From: an uncultured Chloroflexia bacterium | Lineage (GTDB): Bacteria > Chloroflexota > Dehalococcoidia > DSTF01 > JALHUB01 | NCBI GenBank assembly: GCA_963703345.1 | Contig: OY969814.1 | Span: 1,120,001 to 1,184,000 of the forward strand | Length of the DNA: 64,000 nucleotides | Direction: 5' to 3' | Shown here: positions 10,544 through 20,661 of the stretch, piece after piece | How positions within the stretch are numbered: the stretch's first letter is position 1 | How the letters are laid out: every line of letters starts with the position of its first letter | Notes under the pieces: model-generated | Told to the model about the DNA's origin: nothing | Database searches by the model: none | What the model saw: the letters and a program-made list of their open reading frames with translations, nothing else | Translations under genes and position numbers: made by a program

Positions 10544-11158
10544 ATGAACCGTACCTTTCTTCGGACTCGCAGATTCCTGGCGATTGCAGCCGTGGCCGCA
10601 ATCGCGACGGCGGTCGTCGCGACGGGCTGCGGCGGCGGGACCAGCAGCGCCGACAAAACGGCGACGGCGTCGGCGAAGACGGCCGCGACCGCCACCAAGG
10701 CGCCGAGCGCCGCTACTGCCACGAAGCCGCCGACCACCGCGACGACCGCGCCCGCAGCGTCCGCAACTGCTTCGGCGGCCGGCACTTCTACTCCTGCCAC
10801 GACCGGCACGGCAAGCGCCGCCACGCCAACCGTCAAGATCGGTCAAGTGACGTCCCTCGGCAGCGTCCTCACCGATCCCAGCGGCAAGACTCTATACACG
10901 TACAAGGACGACGTTCCGAACAGCGGCCAGAGCTCCGTCCCGGCAGCGATAGCCCCGAACTGGCCGCCACTTCTAGTGACGGGCTCGGTCGTCCCGCCAT
11001 CGGGGTTGTCCGGGCAACTCGGCAGCTTCAGCCGCCCCGACGGTTCGATGCAGGTGATGTACAAGGGGATGCCGCTTTACACGTTCGTAGGCGACATCGC
11101 GTCGGGACAGGCGAAAGGCCAGGGGCTGCTGAACCTCTGGTTCGCGGCGACTCCGTAG
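10544..11158 (+). CDS. secreted lipoprotein with Ala/Thr-rich linker and COG4315-like domain
   Basis: ATGC lipobox, GKTLYTY.DD, NWPPL, QVMYKGMPLYTF.GD. Confidence 0.8.
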   Translation: MNRTFLRTRRFLAIAAVAAIATAVVATGCGGGTSSADKTATASAKTAATATKAPSAATATKPPTTATTAPAASATASAAGTSTPATTGTASAATPTVKIGQVTSLGSVLTDPSGKTLYTYKDDVPNSGQSSVPAAIAPNWPPLLVTGSVVPPSGLSGQLGSFSRPDGSMQVMYKGMPLYTFVGDIASGQAKGQGLLNLWFAATP

Positions 11159-11328
11159 CAATCGGGGGCGCGGCCGGGCAGCTTCCCCGCCTGGAGCCTG
11201 CTCTGCCGCGCCTCTTTCCCTCGGCCACCGCTCCGGAGGGGTTGAGATAGCGCCGCCTTGCTGCTACGTTGGTGCTGCCACGACGATAGGACACGCGCCT
11301 ATCGCACCACGAGCAACAGGAGGTTGCA

Positions 11329-11808
11329 ATGAGGACGACCCATCTCCATCCCTACCGCACAGCCGACGAGATCAAGACTACGGTCGAGACCCTTCATAAA
11401 GACGTCTCGCCGCTCGTCCATCCCCAGCGGATCATCGAAAAGATGCGTCAGGAGCGCCCGCCGTTCGGCCGCTTCAACGGCTGGCTGGCCGACCATATCG
11501 TCGGCCTCGCCGGCACGATGATTTTCTTCTACGTTCTCTGTCTCATGCTGGCCGGCTGGTCTTTCTGGCAGACCGTGCTCAAGCATGACAGCGGCTTCGA
11601 CCCGTTCCCGTACGCCTTCCTCTTCTTCGTCCTCGGGGGAATCATGCAGTCGCTGTTCGTGCCGACGATGCTGACGGCTTCAAACCGTTCAGCGGAACGC
11701 GATCAGATAAAGGACGAGGCGGACCATCGCGCCTGGTCGCATCTTTACGACGTGAACGACGAACAGCTCAAGATCCTGCGGACGCTGCTGGAGAAAGCAG
11801 GAGGATAG
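11329..11808 (+). CDS. DUF1003-like membrane protein
   Basis: LADHIVGLAGT...FDPFPYAFL motif. GGAGG RBS. Confidence 0.75.
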   Translation: MRTTHLHPYRTADEIKTTVETLHKDVSPLVHPQRIIEKMRQERPPFGRFNGWLADHIVGLAGTMIFFYVLCLMLAGWSFWQTVLKHDSGFDPFPYAFLFFVLGGIMQSLFVPTMLTASNRSAERDQIKDEADHRAWSHLYDVNDEQLKILRTLLEKAGG

Positions 11809-11849
11809 GGCCCGAGGGGCCGGCGTCGACGAGGAGGTTGTCGGCGAGA

Positions 11850-12344
11850 CTAAGCGCCGGCGACGGGCGCCATCGGCCGGCCGCAGCTCGTGCAGAAGCG
11901 GATGGTCGCAGCGTTGGAAGCGCCACAGGCAACGCAATTCACGCCCTCCGGCTGCAGCGAACCCGCCATAGGCCGGCCGCAGTTCGTGCAGAACCGCACC
12001 GTCGGCTCGTTCGCAGCGCCGCAGACGGCGCAACTCACGCCCGCCGACGGCTCCGGCATCGATTCGGCGGCACCAGCGACGGACGCCATGGGCCGGCCGC
12101 AGTTCGTGCAAAAGCGGACCGTCGCCGTGTTGGGAGCACCGCAGACGGCGCAATTCAAGCCTTCCGGCGGTGGCTCCGGTTGCGAATCCTCAACCTTTGG
12201 CGTGCTATCGTCCTCGTGAGTGGCGGTGCGGAACTCGCGAATGCCTTTCCCCAGCGCGCTGCCCACTTCCGGCAGCTTGCCCACGCCGAAGATCATCACC
12301 ACGACCGCGAGAATCACCAGGATTTCCAGAGGTCCAAGTTCCAT
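11850..12344 (-). CDS. tatA: TatA/E family subunit fused to three zinc-ribbon repeats
   Basis: [37 protein letters not shown] followed by three CxxC-x10-CxxC repeats. Confidence 0.85.
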   Translation of the reverse strand: MELGPLEILVILAVVVMIFGVGKLPEVGSALGKGIREFRTATHEDDSTPKVEDSQPEPPPEGLNCAVCGAPNTATVRFCTNCGRPMASVAGAAESMPEPSAGVSCAVCGAANEPTVRFCTNCGRPMAGSLQPEGVNCVACGASNAATIRFCTSCGRPMAPVAGA

Positions 12345-12501
12345 TTTCGTCCCCTCGCCCCAACTAACTTCGTATCCAGCTTACCACCGCCGCCTTGACC
12401 GCGACAACCGGCCGAAATCGCTCGTGTTCCCCGCCAAGCCAATCGCGTACAATGGGGGCCGCGACGGTTGGAAGAGCGTCTTGCCGGACAGGGAGGGACA
12501 A

Positions 12502-13500
12502 ATGGAGAAGCGAAGGCTGGGCAACCAGGGACTTATCGTTTCCGCGCAGGGGCTGGGCTGCATGGGCATGTCGGAGTTTTACGGGCCCATCGACGACAGC
12601 GAGTCCATCGCCACCATTCGCCGCGCCCTCGAGCTCGGCGTCAACTTCCTCGATACGGCGGACATGTACGGTCCCTTCAAGAACGAGGAGCTGGTCGGCC
12701 GCGCCATCGCCGGTCGCCGCCGGGATGTCGTCCTCGCGACCAAGTTCGGTATAGTGCGCAGCGACGATTCCGCCTATCGTGCCATTCGCGGCGACCCAGA
12801 GTACGTTCGCCAGGCCTGCGAAGCCTCGCTGCGACGCCTCGGCACCGACTACATCGACCTCTACTACCTGCACCGCGCCGACCCGAAAGTCCCGATAGAA
12901 GACACCGTCGGCGCCATGGCCGAGCTCGTGGCGGCGGGCAAGGTGCGCTACCTCGGTCTGTCGGAGGTGGCGCCGGAGACGCTGCGTCGCGCTCAGGCGA
13001 CCGCGCCGATAAGCGCCCTCCAGACCGAGTGGTCGCTGTGGACTCGCGATATCGAGGACGAAGTGCTGCCGGCGGCGCGCGAGATGGGCATAGGCATCGT
13101 TCCTTACAGCCCGCTGGGCCGCGGCTTCTTGAGCGACCGCTTCTCGCGCCCCGAAGACCTTGGCGAAGACTTTCGTCGCTATCTGCCCCGCTTCCAGGGC
13201 GAGAACTTCCAGCACAACGTGGAGATCGTGGCGCGGATCAGGGAGCTGGCGGTGGAGAAGGGCGTCACGGCGGCGCAGTTGGCCCTCGCCTGGGTGCACT
13301 CGCGCGGCGAGGATGTCGTGCCGATTCCGGGAACCAAGAAGCGCCGCTACCTGGAAGAGAACGTCGCTGCGTTTGACATAAAGCTTGACGCGGCCGATTT
13401 GCGACGGATCGAAGAGGTGGCGCCAAAGGGCGCTTTCGCCGGCGACCGCTACCCGAGCATGGCGTACCTCAGCGGTGTCACGCCGCCGAAGACAAGCTGA
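12502..13500 (+). CDS. aldo/keto reductase
   Basis: [35 protein letters not shown]. Confidence 0.95.
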   Translation: MEKRRLGNQGLIVSAQGLGCMGMSEFYGPIDDSESIATIRRALELGVNFLDTADMYGPFKNEELVGRAIAGRRRDVVLATKFGIVRSDDSAYRAIRGDPEYVRQACEASLRRLGTDYIDLYYLHRADPKVPIEDTVGAMAELVAAGKVRYLGLSEVAPETLRRAQATAPISALQTEWSLWTRDIEDEVLPAAREMGIGIVPYSPLGRGFLSDRFSRPEDLGEDFRRYLPRFQGENFQHNVEIVARIRELAVEKGVTAAQLALAWVHSRGEDVVPIPGTKKRRYLEENVAAFDIKLDAADLRRIEEVAPKGAFAGDRYPSMAYLSGVTPPKTS

Positions 13501-13548
13501 AGTCTCCTTGCGTCGGCCTGCCATCGACCCTTCGTGACGTCCGTGCCG

Positions 13549-13618
13549 CGTGCGCTGATCGCGCTCCTGTTGCGCTCCTCGCCCGTCCGGGCTTGCCCGT
13601 CCGGACTCGTCGCGCCGA
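13549..13618. repeat. intergenic REP-like repeat, copy A, with two CCCGTCCGG(G/A) insertions
   Basis: Aligns to 44339-44389 apart from two extra 10-mers at 13582-13591 and 13596-13605 and a few substitutions. Lies between convergent genes. Confidence 0.8.
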
Positions 13619-13626
13619 CGCGCTGG

Positions 13627-16299
13627 TTAGTCGCCGAGCGGGACGTAGAACAGCAGGCTCACGATCTCATTCCGGCGCAATCGCAGCCGCACCCAGCCGT
13701 CCTCGACCATCGCCTCGCGCAGCGGCTCCTCGTTCAGGTTCACCACGTCCACGCGGCCGTGCGGCTCGACGAATCGCACTCGGCCGCGCACCGCCCTGTC
13801 GCCGACGTTGTAGACGCGGACAACCACGCCGCTGCCGTCCTCCGCCGCCTTGATCGCCGAGACGACGAGCCCGCCGGGCTTCACTTCCACGAGGCTTGCC
13901 GTCGTCGGCAGGATGCCCTTGCCAGACGAAACGGTGGCCTGGAGCGGCCGCGTGAAGCGGTGCTCTTCCGTCATTGCCTTCGACCAGTCTCCTTCGTGAG
14001 GCGCCACCGCGTACTCGAAAACGGACGGCCCCAGGCATTGCGCGTCCGGCGTCTCCATCGTCGGTCCGGCGGGCCCGGTGCGCGGCGATAAGTCGGGTCG
14101 CGACAGCCAGCCGACGCAGCGCAGCAGGGTGAGGGCAAGCGTCACGCCCTCGGGGCCCGGCAACGCCTCGTACTCCGGCAGGCCGCGATTCGCCAGCAGC
14201 AGGCCTGCCGCGCCGTCGTTCACATCGACGAACGTCTTCTGCGGCTGAGTGCCCACCGCCTGCTCTACCCAGCTCTCGTCTGCTTCCGGCACGCCGATGG
14301 GCCGGCTGACGACGCCGAAGTGCTGCTCGGCGTGTGTGACCTGGCTTTGGACGCCGGTCGGGAAGTGGACGCGCAGGCGGTGGTCGCGCGACTGATTGTC
14401 GACACTCGTCTCGAACTCGACGCGGCGGACGCCCGGATAGAGCCGGACCAGGCGGCGAATGCGGCAGAGGGCCGTCTTTCGCGACCTCGCCTTCCTGTCC
14501 GCGGTCAGCCCGTCTGGCAGCCGGTACGTCATGTCGACTGCCAGCGTCCAGCGCGCGGGCCCGTTTTCGACGACCGCGATTTTCGGCGCGACGGCGGGCC
14601 GGTCGATGGTGCGGTCTCGTGGCGGCGAACAGTGATTGTACTCGTCGCCGCAGTCGCCACCATCGACGAGGCGATTGAGCCCGCGAAAGATGCGCCCGCT
14701 CCGCTTATCGCGCAGCGTGATGCTGCCGTCGCTCGCATCCGCCGACGCGACGAAGAACTCGTTCTCAATCGTGTTGCCACCGGAGACTGCGAGAGCGGCG
14801 GAGTCCGGGCCCAGCTCCAGTTGAAAGGACCGATAGCCGTACGCCGGGACGTTCCTCGCCAGAAAGCCGACCTTCAGCGACCGCGGCGGCGAGAACGGCA
14901 GCGCCTCGCCTGCTGGCCGCGAGACGATCTGACAGGCGTGTCGGCGCCCCTTCGCGTCGATGACTGTTAGGGGTACCTCCTCGCCGTCCTCCGGCCGCCA
15001 ATCGAAGGTGACGAAGTCGTCGCGCGGGCCGTTCGTCGGGTTGAAGACGACGACGCTCCGCTTTCCGCCCGCGTCGACCTGCGCCGCAAGGCAGGTGAGC
15101 ATCCGGCGCGCCAGGTCGCCGGCAATCTGCTCGCAGGCGTCGAAGCGCTGCGCCACCTCGCCGTAGATCGCGTCGGCGCCGGCCCCGTAGATCGGGTCGT
15201 GCTGCTGGTTCATGAGCAACTGCCGCCACGCCTCCCGCAAGAGCCCCGCGACGGAGGGCCAGGCGTCGGGATAGCCGGTGAGCGGACCCCAGGGGAGCGA
15301 CGGTTCATGCCAGTCGCCCCGGAGGCGCGCCCGCAGGAGAGCGCACCAGGCGGATAGCGGCTCCGCGGCGGCGATGAGCGTCTCCTCGCAACGGTGGCTG
15401 CGCTGCTTCACCCACATCCGCGCCGAGATGGCGCCCGGCAGCAGCGGCGAGCGCCGGCTGTTGCGCATCTCGCCGTCGTAGCGCGGCAGCGCCAGGCGTC
15501 TCCGCTCGACTTCGATGGCAATGTCCGCCAGAAGTTGCGGCAAGCTGCCGTGGACGAGCCTGCCCTTGACGATATGCGCGTTCGCCAAGTTGAGCAGCGT
15601 CGGCAGGTCCGGCTGCGGCGGCGCGTGGTCATTGCCGTTCATGATCGTCAGGAAGCGCGTCGCGGCCAGCGGCGCCAGCGACCGGCGGAAGAAGTCGATG
15701 CGCTCCGCCATCTGCTGCGGGTCCGACGGCAGGGGCCAGGCGAATCCGTAGCCGAGCGGCAGGTAAAGGGCGAGGACGCTGCTGCCGTCCGGCGAGCGCC
15801 AGCGGAACTCCGTCTTGCGGGCCCGCTCGTCGACGCCGCGCCAGACAACGGCGGACTCGAAGCCGAAGCCGCGCAGGATTGCCGGCAAGTGTGCGATGTG
15901 GCCGAAGGCATCGGGCTGGTAGCCGACGCGCATGACGCCGCCGAGCTGCCGCGCGACGCGAATACCCCGCTGCAGGTTGCGGATCAGCGATTCGCCGTGC
16001 GGCAGGAACTCGTCCGGAGCGACGTACCACGGCCCGACGAGCAGGCGCCCCTCGCGGACCAACCGCTCGACGAGCTCACGCTGGTCGGGACGGATTGCAA
16101 GGTAGTCCTCCACCGGCGCCGTCTGGCCGTCGGTCATGAAGTGCTTGTAATCGGGACTAGAGGCCAGGATGTCCAGCACGTCGTCCATGAGCCGGACGAG
16201 GCGGATGCGGTACGTCTGGAACGGCACGTACCATTCGCGGTCCCAGTGGCTGTGGGAGATGACGACGTACTCCCATCCGGAGTCGCCTTCGTCGGCCAT
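13627..16299 (-). CDS. GH38 alpha-mannosidase family
   Basis: SHSHWDREWY, DGQ, GPWY..PDE, YQPDAFGH, QQHD, LTLLRCVGWLSR. Confidence 0.92.
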   Translation of the reverse strand: MADEGDSGWEYVVISHSHWDREWYVPFQTYRIRLVRLMDDVLDILASSPDYKHFMTDGQTAPVEDYLAIRPDQRELVERLVREGRLLVGPWYVAPDEFLPHGESLIRNLQRGIRVARQLGGVMRVGYQPDAFGHIAHLPAILRGFGFESAVVWRGVDERARKTEFRWRSPDGSSVLALYLPLGYGFAWPLPSDPQQMAERIDFFRRSLAPLAATRFLTIMNGNDHAPPQPDLPTLLNLANAHIVKGRLVHGSLPQLLADIAIEVERRRLALPRYDGEMRNSRRSPLLPGAISARMWVKQRSHRCEETLIAAAEPLSAWCALLRARLRGDWHEPSLPWGPLTGYPDAWPSVAGLLREAWRQLLMNQQHDPIYGAGADAIYGEVAQRFDACEQIAGDLARRMLTCLAAQVDAGGKRSVVVFNPTNGPRDDFVTFDWRPEDGEEVPLTVIDAKGRRHACQIVSRPAGEALPFSPPRSLKVGFLARNVPAYGYRSFQLELGPDSAALAVSGGNTIENEFFVASADASDGSITLRDKRSGRIFRGLNRLVDGGDCGDEYNHCSPPRDRTIDRPAVAPKIAVVENGPARWTLAVDMTYRLPDGLTADRKARSRKTALCRIRRLVRLYPGVRRVEFETSVDNQSRDHRLRVHFPTGVQSQVTHAEQHFGVVSRPIGVPEADESWVEQAVGTQPQKTFVDVNDGAAGLLLANRGLPEYEALPGPEGVTLALTLLRCVGWLSRPDLSPRTGPAGPTMETPDAQCLGPSVFEYAVAPHEGDWSKAMTEEHRFTRPLQATVSSGKGILPTTASLVEVKPGGLVVSAIKAAEDGSGVVVRVYNVGDRAVRGRVRFVEPHGRVDVVNLNEEPLREAMVEDGWVRLRLRRNEIVSLLFYVPLGD

Positions 16300-16385
16300 A
16301 TCTGGCCTCCCTGCCGGTCCCTGAAAGTAGTGTAGCCGGCGGCAGATGCTGCCACCGGCTACATATTATTGTCGCTGCCTGCGTT

Positions 16386-17651
16386 CTAGAACGCAGTATC
16401 GCCACGGGCGAGCTGCCGGAAGATGGTGCGTCGCTGGATCTCCGACGTGCCGTCCGGGATGCGCGCCTCGCGAGCGATGCGGAATCCCTCCTCGAGCGCC
16501 AGCTCGCTGGAGAGGCCCATGCCGCCGTGGATCTGGATCGCCTTGTCGAAGGCGCGTTGGCACATCTCGATGGAGAGCGCCTTCGTTATGCAAACCTCCT
16601 TGATCGGAAGCTCGTTCGCGTCGAGCATCCTCGCCGTCTGGATCATGGCGTACTTGGTGGCGAAGATGTCGATCGCCATGTCGGCCATCATGAACTGGAG
16701 TGCCTGGTGCTCTGCCAGCGGCACGCCGAACGTCTTGCGCTCTTTCGAGTACGCAAGCGCTTGGTCCAGCGCCCACTCGGCGAGGCCAAGGCAGACGCCC
16801 GCCATGCCCATGCGGCCTTCGGAGATGCCGAACATCGCTATCTGGAAGGCGCCGTTCTCGTTGCCGATCATAAAGCCGTTTGGGACCCGGACGTCGTCCA
16901 TCGTGAAGCCGCCGCAGTCGCTGGAGAGGTGGCCCATGATGCGCTCCGGCCGGTCTTTTGTGAATCCGGGAGCCTTCGCGTCGAGCATGAAGGCCGTGAG
17001 ACCGCCCTTGTGCGCCGCGAACGCCGCTTCATCGGTGATGGCGAAAACGGCCGCGTAGTCGCAGTAAGGAGCGTTGGTGATCCACTGCTTGCTGCCGTTG
17101 ATGATCCAGTCGTCGCCGTCGCGACGCGCCTTAGTCTTCAGCCCCCACAGGTCGGAGCCGGCGCCCGGCTCGGTGGCACCGAAGCAGACCGTCTTCTCGC
17201 CGGCCAGGACCGGCGGCAGCACCTCGGAGCGAATGGCCGGGCCCGCCTGGAGGAACAGGTGCGAAGGGCCGTCGACGAAGCTGGCGAGTACCGGCGTGCT
17301 CAGAAATCCGTTCGCCCAACTAATGAAGATGCGGCCCGGGCCGTACTTGCGGTTCACCGCCTCCAGCACGAACGGGCCGACGGACCAGGGGAGGCCGCCG
17401 CCGCCCACGCTCTCCGGCGCCATCATGGCGTAGAAACCGACCTGCGCTGACTTGCGACGGATTTGGTCGCGCGCCTCGCGCACCGGCGGCACCAGCAGCC
17501 CATCTTCGCCGAACAGCTTCCGCTCATCGTGCAGGATGTCCTTGTACTTCTCCTCCAGCGGCAAGACATCGCTCTCGATGAAGCCGATGATCCCGCCGAC
17601 GGCTCCCTTGATGATGTCCTTGTACTCTTCGGGCATTCCTACGTCTGTCAT
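16386..17651 (-). CDS. acyl-CoA dehydrogenase
   Basis: TEPGAGSD, INGSKQWITNA, IQIHGGMG, RIPDGTSEIQR. Confidence 0.93.
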   Translation of the reverse strand: MTDVGMPEEYKDIIKGAVGGIIGFIESDVLPLEEKYKDILHDERKLFGEDGLLVPPVREARDQIRRKSAQVGFYAMMAPESVGGGGLPWSVGPFVLEAVNRKYGPGRIFISWANGFLSTPVLASFVDGPSHLFLQAGPAIRSEVLPPVLAGEKTVCFGATEPGAGSDLWGLKTKARRDGDDWIINGSKQWITNAPYCDYAAVFAITDEAAFAAHKGGLTAFMLDAKAPGFTKDRPERIMGHLSSDCGGFTMDDVRVPNGFMIGNENGAFQIAMFGISEGRMGMAGVCLGLAEWALDQALAYSKERKTFGVPLAEHQALQFMMADMAIDIFATKYAMIQTARMLDANELPIKEVCITKALSIEMCQRAFDKAIQIHGGMGLSSELALEEGFRIAREARIPDGTSEIQRRTIFRQLARGDTAF

Positions 17652-17874
17652 AGACTGACCCCCTCTTTAATTATTGTGAACGCTGTCGCAGCGTCCCGTG
17701 CGGAGTTCCCATGGTTTGGCTATGTCTGGTTATACCCGCATTTGCCTCAAGAACGCAACGTCCGCTTCGCGAGAGATGCCTGACTTGACAGGGCGGCGCT
17801 CCTGGCCCAACATGGCGTTGAAAAAAGCGCGTTCGTTTCGCAAGCCCGCGATTCGTCGTCGGACAGGAGACGCG

Positions 17875-18414
17875 ATGCATTGCCCGAACTGCCGTCAGAC
17901 TCTCGAAGCGGTCGACGTGGGCGGAATCCGCATCGAACGCTGTCCAAACTGCGAAGGGTTGTGGTTCGATAAGAACGAGCTGCGTGTGCTGAAGGACCGC
18001 GAAGCCGGCGGCGACTACCAGTGGATACACCTCGACCTCTGGAAAGACATGGACAAGTTCCGCGCCGCGCGGCAGCAGCGTTACTCTTGCCCCCGAGACG
18101 GTGCTTCCATGACCACCGTCCGCTACGACGAATCGAACGTCGCCATCGACGTTTGTCCGTCCTGCGACGGCATCTGGCTCGACAAGGATGGGTACCGCGA
18201 GATCATTCGCCACCTGGAAGAGACAGTCAACGCCAGCTCGGCGGAGGATTACCTGAAGGACGTGCGGCAAGAGCTCGTCCAGGTGTTCGAGGGACACGAG
18301 AACCCGCTCGAGGCGCTCCGGGACATCGGCAAGATCCTCTACCTGCTTGATCTGCGCTTCACAGTCGACCACCCGATGCTGGCGAAGCTCTCGGTCGCTT
18401 TCCCCCGCTTCTAG
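17875..18414 (+). CDS. zf-TFIIB-like double zinc-finger protein
   Basis: CPNC...CPNCEGLWFD and CPRD...CPSCDGIWLD. AGGAG RBS. Confidence 0.8.
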   Translation: MHCPNCRQTLEAVDVGGIRIERCPNCEGLWFDKNELRVLKDREAGGDYQWIHLDLWKDMDKFRAARQQRYSCPRDGASMTTVRYDESNVAIDVCPSCDGIWLDKDGYREIIRHLEETVNASSAEDYLKDVRQELVQVFEGHENPLEALRDIGKILYLLDLRFTVDHPMLAKLSVAFPRF

Positions 18415-18513
18415 CCGGGCGCCGGCCTCCCGAACGCAGCCTCGGTTTGGCGCCTTCTATTCAACGCTGCTAAAATCGATGGGGTGCGGGCGCTTCAAGC
18501 GGAGGCGGCAGCG

Positions 18514-19221
18514 ATGGCGACAACGAAGTCCCGCGAGGACGACGACCAACCCGTCGTGCTCCTCGTCGATGACGATGAGCGGCTGCTGGGCGCCCTGCGC
18601 CGCGGCCTGACGCTGCGCTCCTTCCAGGTAGAAGCAGCCTCCAACGCTGACGAAGCGCTCTCCCGACTCGAGGCGCGTCGCCCCGACGTGCTCGTCCTCG
18701 ACATCGTCATGCCCGGGATGGACGGCCTCAGCCTCTGCCGCCTCATCCGCGACCGCTACACCTGCCCGATCCTGATGCTGACGGCCCGCGATGCCGTGCC
18801 GGACCGCGTCGCAGGCCTTGAAGCAGGCGCCGACGACTACCTGGTCAAGCCCTTCGATTTGCAGGAGCTCGTGGCCCGCCTTCGCGCCCTGCTGCGCCGG
18901 GCAGGCGCCGAAACCGCGCCGGAGCAGATAGCGTTCGGCGACCTCGTGCTCGAGCCCCGTCGCTGGCTGGCCCAGCGCGCCGGCCGGCCACTGGCGCTTA
19001 CCGCCACCGAGTTCCGCCTGCTGGAGCTGTTCATGCGCTCTCCCGGCCACGTCCTGACGCGTGAAGACATCCTCGCCAGCCTTCGCGGCGACGAGTGGCT
19101 GGGAACCGAGTCCAACATCGTCGACGTGCACGTGGGCAACCTGCGCGAGAAGCTGGAGGCGGGCGGACGTGCGCGCGTCATCAAGACCATCCGCGGCGTC
19201 GGCTACGCGCTGGGGGAGTAA
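18514..19221 (+). CDS. OmpR-family response regulator
   Basis: VDDD, LDIVMP, GADDYLVKPF and a winged-helix TIRGVGY. Confidence 0.95.
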   Translation: MATTKSREDDDQPVVLLVDDDERLLGALRRGLTLRSFQVEAASNADEALSRLEARRPDVLVLDIVMPGMDGLSLCRLIRDRYTCPILMLTARDAVPDRVAGLEAGADDYLVKPFDLQELVARLRALLRRAGAETAPEQIAFGDLVLEPRRWLAQRAGRPLALTATEFRLLELFMRSPGHVLTREDILASLRGDEWLGTESNIVDVHVGNLREKLEAGGRARVIKTIRGVGYALGE

Positions 19222-20589
19222 ATGTCCCTCCGACTGCGGCTCACCCTGACCTACGGCTTCCTGCTCGTCGTCGCGCTGGCCGCCTTCGGCTTCACCGCCT
19301 ATCTGATCGCCGCCCGTCGCATCTACGACGGCGTCGACGACACCCTCACCGCCCAATCAGCGCTTGTCACACCCAACCTGGAGTCGCTATCCGCTCCCCT
19401 CACCGCGCAGGACGTCGCCGCGAATCAGACGGCGCTGGCCGAGGCGGCCTCGCTGGATGCGGTCGTGCAACTGCGGCAGCCGGATGGCCAAGTAGTGTAT
19501 ACGTCCGAAAGCGCCGGCACGACCCTGCCGCCGGCCCGCCGCCTCTCGACGAATCCGCGATACATGTCACGCCGCGTCCAGAACCAGCGGATGCGCATCC
19601 TGTATCAGCCGCTCTACAACAACGGCCAGTTCCTGGGGACCGTCGAGATCGGCCAGTCGCTGAAGGAGACCGACGCCGCCCTGGACGAGATTCGGAACGT
19701 CTCTATCATCGGCGGCGTTGCGGTCTGCTTCTGTGGCGTCGTCCTCGTCTATATGCTATCCGGCCGCTCCCTGCGGCGCGTGCGCCAGGTGTCGCAGCTC
19801 GCGCGCGACATCGAACGGACGGCCGACTTTAGCCGCCGGGTTCCGGAGAAGGGGACGGCGGGCGAGACTAAGGAGCTGGTCACCACGTTTAACGCGATGA
19901 TCACCCGTGTCGAACGCACGCTCGCGGGCCAGCTTGCCTTCCTCGCCGACTCCTCGCACGAGCTGCGTCGCCCCCTCACTGTGATGCGCACGAACCTCGA
20001 CGTGCTCAGGGAGCCCGCACTCTCCGACGAGGACCGCGCCGCCTGCCTGGCCGAGATGCACACGGAAGCGGAGTCGATGAGCCGACTCATCGCCGACCTG
20101 CTGCTTCTCTCCCGCGACAAGAAGCAGGCAATGACGGTTGCGCCGGTGGATCTATCGGCCCTGTGCGAAGACGCGGCGAGCCGATTGCGGGCAACCGACG
20201 GCGGCCGGCATCAGCTATCAATCGGGGTGGCGCAGAACGTGCAGGTCAGCGGCGACCGCGAGCGGCTGGCGCAGATGCTGTGGAACCTGCTGGAGAACGC
20301 CCTCGACTACACGCCCGTCGGCGGCCGGATTGAGCTGCTTCTGGAGCAGAGCGAAGGCCGGGCGCGGCTAACGGTCAAGGACAGCGGCATCGGCGTGAGC
20401 GAAGCCGACCTGCCGCACGTCTTCGAGCGCTTCTATCGAGGTGGAGGAGCGCGATCGGTCCGTTCCGAAGGCTCAGGGCTTGGACTGGCCATCGCCCGCT
20501 ACGTTGCGGAGGCGCACGGCGGCGAGGTCGCGCTGTCCAGCCGGCCGGAGGAGGGGACCACGGTCGTGGCGGAGCTGCCGACGGTCTAG
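19222..20589 (+). CDS. sensor histidine kinase (HAMP-HisKA-HATPase)
   Basis: SHELRRPL H-box, NLLENA, DSGIG, FERFYR, GLGL and two TM segments. Confidence 0.95.
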   Translation: MSLRLRLTLTYGFLLVVALAAFGFTAYLIAARRIYDGVDDTLTAQSALVTPNLESLSAPLTAQDVAANQTALAEAASLDAVVQLRQPDGQVVYTSESAGTTLPPARRLSTNPRYMSRRVQNQRMRILYQPLYNNGQFLGTVEIGQSLKETDAALDEIRNVSIIGGVAVCFCGVVLVYMLSGRSLRRVRQVSQLARDIERTADFSRRVPEKGTAGETKELVTTFNAMITRVERTLAGQLAFLADSSHELRRPLTVMRTNLDVLREPALSDEDRAACLAEMHTEAESMSRLIADLLLLSRDKKQAMTVAPVDLSALCEDAASRLRATDGGRHQLSIGVAQNVQVSGDRERLAQMLWNLLENALDYTPVGGRIELLLEQSEGRARLTVKDSGIGVSEADLPHVFERFYRGGGARSVRSEGSGLGLAIARYVAEAHGGEVALSSRPEEGTTVVAELPTV

Positions 20590-20661
20590 CCCCTCACGTC
20601 GCTCCGATTTCTTCATCTCCTCTTCATGAATTAGCCGTGGCCGGCGACTATCGTAATCCTG

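Noticed and set aside
10660-10830. Ala/Thr-rich repetitive DNA
   Set aside because: It is an ordinary low-complexity lipoprotein linker, not a discrete repeat array.
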